Assembly: GCA_027923505.1 (NCBI GenBank)
Contig: BROI01000041.1
Coordinates: 57,757-77,756 of the forward strand
DNA: 20,000 nt
Origin: Mayamaea pseudoterrestris
Taxonomy: Eukaryota
Direction: 5' to 3'
Both the position numbers and the translations under genes were made by a program. The notes below the pieces were generated by a model. It was not told where the DNA came from. It did not search any database and worked only from the letters and a program-made list of their open reading frames with translations. Of the stretch, positions 9,601-16,899 are shown in pieces; positions within the stretch are counted from its first letter, which is position 1; each line of letters begins with the position of its first letter.

Positions 9601-10941
9601 GTCATCGTCAAGGCTTTGTACGGATTGCGAACGAGCGGAGCACGATTTCACGAACGCTTAGCCGACGCCCTACTTGCGGAAGGGTGGAAGCCGTCCTATT
9701 GCGATTCCGATCTGTGGATCAAGGACGCCGGCGACAGCTACGACTACCTCTGTGTATGGGTCGACGATCTGTTGAATATTTCAGACGATCCAGCAGCGTT
9801 CTTCAAGATGCTAGAGGAGAAGTACAAGTTTAAGCTCAAAGGTGTTGGACATCCCGAGTATCATCTCGGCGGTGACTTTGGACGAGACCCTGACGGAACT
9901 CTTTACTGGTCGGCCAAGACCTACGTTGCGAAACTCTTGGCGCAGTACGAGCGTTTGTTTGAAGGTCCTCCGAAGAAGTATTCATCACCAATCGACAAAG
10001 ACGATCATCCAGAACTTGACCAAAGCGAGCTACTGAACGACCAAGAGAAGAAGATTTACCAGTCTCTAGTCGGAGCACTTCAGTGGGCGATTACTTTGGG
10101 ACGATTTGACATTGCCGTTGCAGTTGTGAGTCTGTCGCGATTCCGTGTGGAGCCGCGCAAGGGACACCTGCAGCGGGTGAAGCGAGTCTGTGGATATTTG
10201 CGAGAGTTACCGGACGCAGCAATCCGTTTCCGTACGAAGTGGCCAGCCAACGAGGAGCACTTCGGCACCATGGAGGAACAAGATTGGGAGCGCAGCGTTT
10301 ACGAGAAGGACGGAGTTGATGAGATGTTGGACGTCTACCCACCGCCAAAGGGTGTGACTGTACGAACATCAACTTTCGAGGATGCGTGTCTCATGCATTG
10401 CATGGTGACAGGCAAGTCATTGGAAGGAGTTTTGTCATTTGTCAACCAGACGCCTGTCGACTGGCATTGCAAACTCCAGGCTACAGTCGAGACTGCGACC
10501 TTCGGATCGGAATTCGGCGTAGCAAAGAGTGGAACGGATATCAGCATTTCTCTACGCGCGTCGCTCATGGCTATGGGCGTACCATTGGAGAAGTCTGCCT
10601 GGATGTACGGAGACAACCAAGCAGTGATTACGCAATCTACAATCCCGAGTTCGACATTGTCCAAGCGACACAATGCGTTGGCCTACCATCGTGTTCGTTG
10701 GGCAGTTGCTGCGGGAATTATCAAGTTTGTGAAGATTGACGGAAAGGAGAACATTGCGGACGTACTGACGAAGTACCTGCCGTACTGTGATGCGATGCCA
10801 TTGCTCAAGCCAGTATTGTTTTGGCGCGGCGATACATCGTATGCGATTGTGAAGGACAAGAATGCGGCTACGACGAGCAGCGTACCCGAGGGGAGTGACA
10901 AGTCGCAGAGCGGCGAAGTCAAGAGCCCGAACCCTAATTAG
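5080..10941 (+). CDS. Gag-Pol polyprotein (1953 aa), intact
   Basis: Single ORF with a Kozak-like ATG. All copia catalytic motifs are present in order, with no stop or frameshift. Confidence 0.97.
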   Translation: MTTIDVTTYKRAVGKVFDIPWLAASAAWDPNDPTAVCFEQEELTTAEAMAELSEQDVTNIKTQYQWSTIRTSRLRKLMSWIHEQRRTTAQWQDLEKDQITSRDLPVAPGSPTAGNRSFGDFSVIGGNDTTTKRHDIKLDLKTMLELKNDRKFCSYWRAFKNRMRSERLGYFWDDEFKAPAALDPEFAEYKYQCSKLLAALEYTCKTPQSKLIVRKHIDSANASACIAELEATFLDGMARKLDLRSAEDEWRNFTLDASYAKSLVNWLIQWSSKEENYNDYAEETELLTASTKRQILERAVFRHADMASAVNMALIEESKTGNPMTYTQFWNLLNDVARQSDNRRGIKETEKRQANQSEQTKKEKEKTKKASANNSQSTPSSSNNQQSNQGGGGRGDLSTGRGGGGRGRGDTRSYVRSYADTKTIEIPSDVNATIPPNTWRLLTRDQQHEVFERRGTSRAASAAGGSTSATQAGTTQTTSTTRNANVAATSSAATTASAATERVNNTSRGSAMRSFLGPDQPTTTTRGANIAQSRKYKVASIDLDKHSASTVDRGASGGVWGADGRILTEDKFHKIEVTGVGGLKLPDLSTVTAVAKLKSTKGWVVGEFHNYAYSGTGKTIHSSMQMEAFGLHVNDKHYNFGGKLRIETPDGYKFMLGMESGMATLPMFPVSAHELHTLPRVMMTFDGPWDPNEFDVEPTEDDDYDSSDDDDDEDDVPDLLSRDEDDEDSDDEEGFTRVTRSRTRNRTHRQSNVTYTNLGHDNQPVYTEKELNVCAVVQKYNADLVYQPYKSILPKKPDIDALLPNFAWYPAQTIKDTLRHSTQFNMHERRYPPRMHRKSRFLNVYRLDDRVAHDTMFFDEPAMDDHIDGHAGCTCVQLFYGCRSQIIVVYPMRTKGDVPKRFRDFIREFGAPLEVFSDNAKEAMSAEFDEVMREFMIRRRHTSEPYYQNQNPAERIIGHVKESHERLMDRTGTPACFWLRALLFQTEMYRHLSHPALDGKSPIEFITGQVPDVSKYLHFRWFEIVNYFVKDVEAPKTRQRAAYWLGPNTTCGDDLTYFICDCETHEIMTRSVCLPRNDPKFLNLRVPAPASPVMKEGEPRLYTVPGLGGEILMPEMIKKITDADSRDDDSFIPDEDDTPLVETVEYPEDDDMTDGELDPNPADDDDDKPKKKNINPWRKLPKYAPDELIGKSFLMKTDDGQEVRATVMSKLNNRDAQNHQNIKMMLKLGNGEADEVMSYVEVSDLYEAEVNQDMANPERKWFFKEILDHQGPLTSKSKNWKHSKWNVLVQWDDGSKTWEPLNAMIESDKVSVAAYAQKHNLLDKDGWASLNRWARNAKKVARKVATARMEQQKNGPRYKFGVQVPRDWKEARRLQEAAGHTKWTDAEGVELANLDEYETFQDLGPSSTTTPPTGYQKIRVHFVYDVKHDLRYKARLVAGGHMTKDNDDAYSSVISLKAMRLALVIGEANGKKCMVGDIGNAYLEAFTKEKVYFVGGPEFGEREGHILVIVKALYGLRTSGARFHERLADALLAEGWKPSYCDSDLWIKDAGDSYDYLCVWVDDLLNISDDPAAFFKMLEEKYKFKLKGVGHPEYHLGGDFGRDPDGTLYWSAKTYVAKLLAQYERLFEGPPKKYSSPIDKDDHPELDQSELLNDQEKKIYQSLVGALQWAITLGRFDIAVAVVSLSRFRVEPRKGHLQRVKRVCGYLRELPDAAIRFRTKWPANEEHFGTMEEQDWERSVYEKDGVDEMLDVYPPPKGVTVRTSTFEDACLMHCMVTGKSLEGVLSFVNQTPVDWHCKLQATVETATFGSEFGVAKSGTDISISLRASLMAMGVPLEKSAWMYGDNQAVITQSTIPSSTLSKRHNALAYHRVRWAVAAGIIKFVKIDGKENIADVLTKYLPYCDAMPLLKPVLFWRGDTSYAIVKDKNAATTSSVPEGSDKSQSGEVKSPNPN
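6720..7160 (+). other. Aspartic protease domain (DRGA active-site variant)
   Basis: STVDRGASGGVWG, with DRGA at 6733-6744 in the D-[ST]-G-A position. Confidence 0.75.
7615..8340 (+). other. Integrase catalytic core (DDE)
   Basis: VAHDTMF (D 7639), FSDNAKE (D 7831), NQNPAER (E 7939); spacing D-x35-E. Confidence 0.9.
8860..9069 (+). other. Chromodomain-like module at the integrase C-terminus
   Basis: WFFKEILDHQ...WNVLVQWDDGSKTWEPL fits the chromodomain pattern (E.ILD.R...YLVKW.G....TWEP). Confidence 0.8.
9328..10203 (+). other. Reverse transcriptase domain (copia type)
   Basis: YKARLVAGGH, DIGNAYL, KALYGLRTSG, WVDD (9757-9768), YQSLVGALQW. Confidence 0.95.
10360..10779 (+). other. RNase H domain (copia type)
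   Basis: FEDA, ETATFGSEF, YGDNQAV, NIADVLTK. Confidence 0.92.
10888..10895 (+). other. Polypurine tract, copy 2
   Basis: GAGGGGAG directly before the 3' LTR, inside the ORF. Confidence 0.85.
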
Positions 10942-11271
10942 CTTGTGTCGAGTCCGCAGCTGTCGTATGTGACATGTGAATGAAGAAAGTGCGCAACCGT
11001 CGTGTGGATGCGTTGTATGAATGGAACGACCAGTTACGACTGATGTAATGTGATTGAAAGAAACGGATTGATCGGATGATCTTCCGAGTGGTCGATGTAG
11101 CGATGTAGCGATAAGCTCACAATATAGAACTACTAGTTTGCGACGAGAGTGCAGTCGTATTCGTGTAGTGGCGAGCGCAAGACTATTCGACGAGCCATCT
11201 CCATCAAGAGCTGTACAGACCGTGGCCAAGGACCCTGTATCGGAGCTTTTTGGAGGTAAGACGTTGACTGC
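10896..11271 (+). repeat. 3' LTR of copy 2 (376 bp)
   Basis: Third copy of the repeat. Identity ends at GACTGC; the flank begins CAGTCCCCG. Confidence 0.95.
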
Positions 11272-12034
11272 CAGTCCCCGGGCTTAACCGACTTCAGTTT
11301 CAAACCTTGCCCATTTGCTCCATCATTCCTGTTTGTCTATGCTTGGACACATGCTTGCAGTGAGATTGGTGCATAAAAATAATCCATAGCTGATTCCAAG
11401 AAGCTACGGTATGGGAGGGCAGTTCAGACATCCACACAGGTACCAGCTCCATGGTGCTAAATTGCATGACCTTCCATATCTTCCCCCAATTGTAGTCATG
11501 TTCCATCAATCCTGTTTGGATATGCTTAAAGCTGGTGAATTCAATGACTGCTGGGTTTGGTCCAATGATTTGCTCCAAAGTGGTGACAAAAAAGTTGTTT
11601 GGCAAGATTTTTTTCAGTGCCTTTGGAATGCTTGGATCTTGGTCGACGTGCACACCAACTCATTCTAAATGGGTTCTTACAGTTTGTCACAATATAAAGT
11701 GTCAAACCTCGTGCGGCGTTGCCTCCGAAAGCAAGTTTATAGATGGAAGTGACATGTTCCAGCATGTGGCACATTTCATCATCCGGCGCCATGTTGCCGG
11801 ATTGCTGGCGAGTATCTGATGCCATCAAATCTTTGAATGTACTTATTCGATGGAATTATATTAGTATGCGCCTCCGTCACAAGCTGATGGTCATTTTGAG
11901 CCAAGAGAAGGAATTTAAATATGTAGTATCTTTCCATGAGAAAGGTAGAGTAGTAGGCAGTGAATGTCAGCATGACAGGCACCAAAGCCTTTGCTAGTTT
12001 GGAATTGGCTGTCATGGTGGTCTACTTGGGAAGC

Positions 12035-12360
12035 TGTTAATCGTTTGTTAATCGTTTGTTCACGACAACATTATTTTTCCTCGACGTGAAACGAGGCTCC
12101 AAACGTCGCATCGTGACCAACGAGCTGCAGTGGCTCTTGCGGCACTGAAATGACTCAAGGACGTTTAGCTACCGTGTTTTGTATGCATTTAATCCTGTGC
12201 AGGGTTGAGTCACATTGAAAACTGAGTGAAATCGCTGATCTATCGAGGCTGAACCTTGACGTGAACCCAGTGAGAACGAGAAAGAAACGAGTAGAGTAGC
12301 GTAGTAACATGCACTATTAGCAATTGAGTTTGTTTGTTTGCTTTACGCTGACTAAGAGGT
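12035..12360 (+). mobile_element. Probable LTR plus leader fragment of another related copia element (LTR ~12035-12227)
   Basis: Begins TGTTA. GAAATC at 12228 is followed 14 nt later by GCTGAACCT. GAGAACGAG (12272-12280) is shared with the intact element's leader (5009-5017). No second LTR to confirm. Confidence 0.45.
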
Positions 12361-12369
12361 TGATCGCTT

Positions 12370-15300
12370 CCTAGTCCATTGTAGTCGCTTGGAATAAAGG
12401 TTCGTCTGATATTATCGTGTCACTGATTAGTGCCTTTCCGTCGTAAATCGTGCTTGAATCAAATATCATACAAGACAGTTGGGATAATCTCGATTGATCT
12501 GCGAACGCTTGTGACCATTAATCTGATTTAATTCCGCTCGAATCGTATTCCACAGCGCGTATTGCTGTTGATCTCGCCGAGCTTTTCGTGATCTTCATAA
12601 TTGCGCCGCAACCTTACGCCAAATTTGTAACGCACGCTTGTTTCGATTCGTCACCAAGGGCTCTCGCTCTGTCAAATGGTTGCTGCTTCCATCCTGGCTT
12701 GTCAAGTGCTTGAGTCCATACTCTGCGAAAGATGGGGATCCTTCTCTTCATGATCGCAGAGGTGCTCCCACGTCGTCGTTCGCCAGTCCATTCACAAGAA
12801 CGCTTTGAACTTCCTTTGTTGTCGGATCGTTTGTTTCAAATATTAAGCTCGTGTCCGATTACCTTCATGAATACCCACTGAGTCTTTTGTTATTGTCCAT
12901 CTGTCGCTCAATTAAATCTGACAGTTTGTTGTAACTTATTAAGTCCTTCTACTGGCTCCTCACCCATCTGGATCAGGAAAACTTGTTGTTTCGAGTAGTT
13001 CAATATCGCTGATTCTTTGATATATTCGCATACAGTTGCTCCCATTTTCTGACTGTTTTCGTGTTCCTCACGAACGTGCATCCGATGAGTTCGCTTGGAG
13101 AGAACAGAGGGCATTTATTCCCTGATTCTGCTCAGCCTTCTAAAGAACTTTGCTGGTACGCTACGTGGTTTCCACACTGGAATCATTTCCTCGTCAAGTT
13201 CCTTCGTAGTTGTCGTGACTACTTTCTGTCGCAGACTCATGCTATGGTAGCATCCTGTCGCAAGATCTGGTGTTTCGTAACTTTGTTTGCTTGCGCTCAA
13301 GCTGCTTTTTCAGAGTTCTCCCTCCAGACTCAGGGAAGCTGAAGGCAACTCTTGTGGTAATGCGAAGCCGCGCCGAGACCATCTTGAGCACGGAATCGCC
13401 TGAAGCGTGTCGCGTCCGTCAGAACAAGAAAATAGTTTTTGGATGCCCAGAATCGGTGTTGCCAGATCGCACGCTGCGGGAAAACTCCTCTGCGCCTCAA
13501 ACGTGACCGGTTCCCACCACTTGAAATGTAACAGCAAAATATCCAGCAGATTGAACGCAACTTCCGTTGGAGTGCGCCATCAGCTACCACAGTCAGAATC
13601 ATGATTACAAATTTAATCAGAAAACTCAGCAAATGGCTGGGCAAACCTGAATCTTGTTGAGGTTCTCCAAGAGTGCCACGTATGTACGGGATTTTGTTCT
13701 GATGACTGGTTCTGTGGTCACTTGAGGAATATTGTACATATGCATAGAGACTCACGGCTTTGCCAGTCTCAGACTTGGCATTATCACTGAGCAGTCCGTT
13801 AGGAGCGCCCACTTCGCGGAATCCTCTAACGCGCTTGAATTTCTCTCCATTCATGTAGCCAAGGTGTAAAAACTTTCTCGCCCAACAAAGAGCTGCATCT
13901 AGTAGCTCCCATGCCCTAGAATGTCATCCAAAGTTGTGTCAGAGTGTATTGTAACCGTATTTAATAGTTTGGCAACCGCTTTCGAACATTAAATTGTGGA
14001 TTTGTGAGGTGTCAAAATTTGACGCGGATGTTCGCAGATGATACCATGTCAGTGTGACGAAAGTCTGTTGAACTTGCTCAGTCGAATCCGCGCCAAAGAG
14101 CAGTATAGTCCGGTTTCGCTTTTGTAGCCCGCAAATTAAGCGTGAAATCCGAGGTGCAATGCCTGTGTTGAGTTTGTTGGGGTGTGATGATTGGGTGCGG
14201 ATAATCATTGTCTAATCGTCACAAAAGATCCATAATCGTGGTACGTCTTGAAATTGTCATGCGCGTGCTTGACATCGTGAAACGGTCGGGTCTGACGGCA
14301 CGTCCGACGCCATTAGACAGTCGGATACTTATCCAAATCATCAACGTGGGCTTCGCTTATGGTCCAGTACAATACTAACGCAAATTGCCAATGACAAAAC
14401 GTAGCCTGCAAACGTTCATCGTAATTTGTTGCGTTACGCCAAACATGGCTGAAATATTGTCGACTCGGGACGCCCCATTGCGCGCAATTGATTTCGGGCA
14501 ATGAATCGTTGGTCCATCTTAGCTACTGGTGACACATCAGAAGAATGGTCTCGCCACTAAGGTCTTAGCCAGTCCAGCTGCAGTGCCAATAGAGGGGAAA
14601 TATGATCAGCAAACCAGTCATACTTGGCGTTGCTTCTGAAATTTAATCCCTCCGCATAAGCCTCCGTTTCAAACACCGAGCTGGGCAATGATCCGCTGGT
14701 CAGAGTGTGCGCGAAGGCACACAAATGATGCTGAGCTGAAAGTAACTCATCTGGTGTTATCAGTCGTCAATGTAGTAATATTATTATTCGTGCAGAACCG
14801 ATCAGCAGTCATTTGGACTGACATTCCACTATTGCTGGCTGAATGATAATTGTGCCAGGAACACTTGCGATCGTCAGCTACAGATTCCGTTGCGTGACAC
14901 TCTGGTGCGCCAAGGTGACTTGCGCTCCGCGTCGTAGTTTTGCCTTATTGGTTGCGCACCGATCTGCTTTGCAGTTGGGATGCTTGTCCTTCAACTGCTT
15001 TCACTGGATCGAATTCATCTCCAACATTCATCCTTCACGCCAAGGTGAGGTTCTTCATGATCGAAATTGTTCCGCGATGGTTGTTGGAGTCGCACTGCTC
15101 ATTGCCGGCTCTTGTTCCACTAGACTGCGCTGATTGATTGTGCACTTAGCATGCTGAGGGTGCTTTCTATCATACTTTATGCAACACTCTTTCTAAGTGC
15201 GTATACAATGCACAATTGTCTTCCAAGTCGTGTTGCCCCATGTGTTTCTTGATGGATTCGCAAAACCTGCTAGCGAAGCGCTGAATCCAGTGTTTGGAGA

Positions 15301-16280
15301 AAGCGCCGTAGCATGTTGTATCATTAAACCAAGAGTTCTGCGTGCCTGAAAGCAGCCAGATGACTTCTTGTAGAACAGTGCAAGAAATTTGATCGTCAGC
15401 TCTTGAATTCAGTCGGCCGCATTCCTGAGTGTAGTTCCGTCGAGCGTTTCCTTCCGATGTGAGCAGTAGCGCTCTTCGAATCAAGGTCACAATCTTTGGT
15501 AGACTTCGCATCCATCATCTTCTTTGAACTGCTGTACTGCGAGTGAAGACGGAGTTCGACAGTGCGTGAGAAAGATCCGGCACACAAACACATTCTTCTT
15601 TACACGCCTTTCTGTTCCTTTGGTTCCTTTTCCTTGGGGCCATAATCATCATCAATACGTGGTAATGTCGCGATGATAATTTGGAAATCCACTGTTTCCA
15701 TGAGGAATCCAGCTACGCCTTACCCTTCACCGAACTTGTATAGACTTTGTACTTATTCACATTGGTTCTTCGGCGGGTCGATGTCGTGACTGCTTCTCGT
15801 GTCCACGTCCATGCTCATCGGTGGTCTTTGTCAGCAGAATTGCCTTCGACGTGTTTCGTAGCGTGGAGTCCTTGATCGCTCTGGATTTGGTGTGGAGGTC
15901 TCATCCGCCCCCGCCAGAATGTTGACGTTGGACGTTGTTGGCTGTGTGAAAGCCAGGTTGGTGGTCAGTTGCGACCATGTCTTGATGTCCGGTGACTCTG
16001 CGCCCAAATTACCATTCAATCGGGTTCATGATCTTTGTTGTTACATCTTCTATGAACGCTCTAAGTCAGAATCCATGCTGGAAGCAACGATATTCACCTT
16101 GACCAGTGCTGAGTACGGATAGCTTCGGGTCAACACAATATTTCACCGAATGCAGAACGTTGGTCGAGCAACTTTGTAGACCCACTCTAATTATGGAACG
16201 GCAATTGTAAGCATGAGAGTAGCCTTTGTGCTACGATCGCTGAGGTTCAGCGCTCCACGTTCCGAGATTTCCAGGAACGG
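12370..16280 (-). pseudogene. Degenerate CoDi-like copia element (gag-PR-IN-chromodomain-start of RT; rest of RT/RH missing)
   Basis: Minus-strand fragments collinear with the intact protein: gag-like ~15170-15510, KPDYTAL (~14100), DDILGHGS..MQLFVG (~13880-13930), REVGAPNGLLSDNAKSE (~13770-13820), LHFKWWEPV (~13510), WVFMKVIGHE/VLV/TTWEHL (12759-12877), RYKFGV (~12620), KHDLRRK (~12440). Many stops and frameshifts. Confidence 0.85.
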
Positions 16281-16424
16281 ATGTTGTGCTAGCAGCATCA
16301 TATACTGCTCGTGGGCCATCTCTCCCCCACCCCAACATCACAACACCAAACACAAATGTGTGTACCAAATTACACCAAGCACCATTAACGCATGACTTGG
16401 TCGGGGCCAAGATGAAACAACAAT

Positions 16425-16790
16425 GACCAGTTCGCTTGCAAAATGCAGCCCAAAGCTGGCCTTTTTCCATTCCAGACGTTCAACCTCCAGGTTACTTTCT
16501 GACTTGGTAGATGACTATGAGCAACATGAGCTACTTTGCTAAACACAACTTGGCCATCCACCCTAATGTCCATGGCTTTCCTTCTTTCATGACTACTGCC
16601 AACGAATGCAGTCCAAGGCTGGCCTTTTTCCTTCCAGACCTTCTACTTCCAGGTTACTTTGGAATCGGTAGATTTGACATGAGCTGCACGAGCCACTTTG
16701 CCAAACGCAACTTGGGCTGTGGCCATGTCGATTGTTACAGATAAGCTGGCTTTTTCCTTTTCCCTGACTTTTATTACTTCTGGGTTACTT
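16425..16790. repeat. Degenerate tandem repeat, unit ~162 bp, two copies plus a partial third
   Basis: ATGCAG.CCAA.GCTGGCCTTTTTCC...CCAGGTTACTTT...GGTAGAT...ATGAGC...ACTTTGC.AAAC.CAACTTGG at 16443-16553 and 16606-16715. Partial GCTGGCTTTTTCC...GGTTACTT at 16745-16789. Confidence 0.85.
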
Positions 16791-16899
16791 ATGACGCTGA
16801 CCAAGTTCGTGGAAGGGTGCCATGGCACGGATGTACAGTACTTGCTCTGGCACCCACAAAGGAGCACATGAAATGATCTATTCTGCACATTAATTATGT

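Larger units (their letters stand above)
4588..11271 (+). mobile_element. Full-length Ty1/copia LTR retrotransposon, copy 2 (6684 bp), CoDi-like, chromodomain-bearing
   Basis: LTR - 116-bp leader - uninterrupted 1953-aa ORF - PPT - LTR. The two LTRs appear identical by eye. Confidence 0.97.

Noticed and set aside
17..10922. Many short overlapping ORFs within the element
   Set aside because: Alternative-frame by-products of the gag-pol ORF.
11266..11276. GACTG-C-CAGTC palindrome at the right insertion junction, or an LTR end at ...GCCA
   Set aside because: The other two LTR copies lack the CA, so it is flank. A 5-bp palindrome in one instance can be chance.
11300..12015. Overlapping minus-strand ORFs of 78-117 aa next to the insertion
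   Set aside because: No motif I can identify. Possibly a decayed gene, but not supportable.
12035..12309. Solo LTR bounded by TGTTA...TAACA
   Set aside because: Flanks GAAGC and TGCAC are not a TSD, and the internal GAAATC motif suggests LTR plus leader instead.
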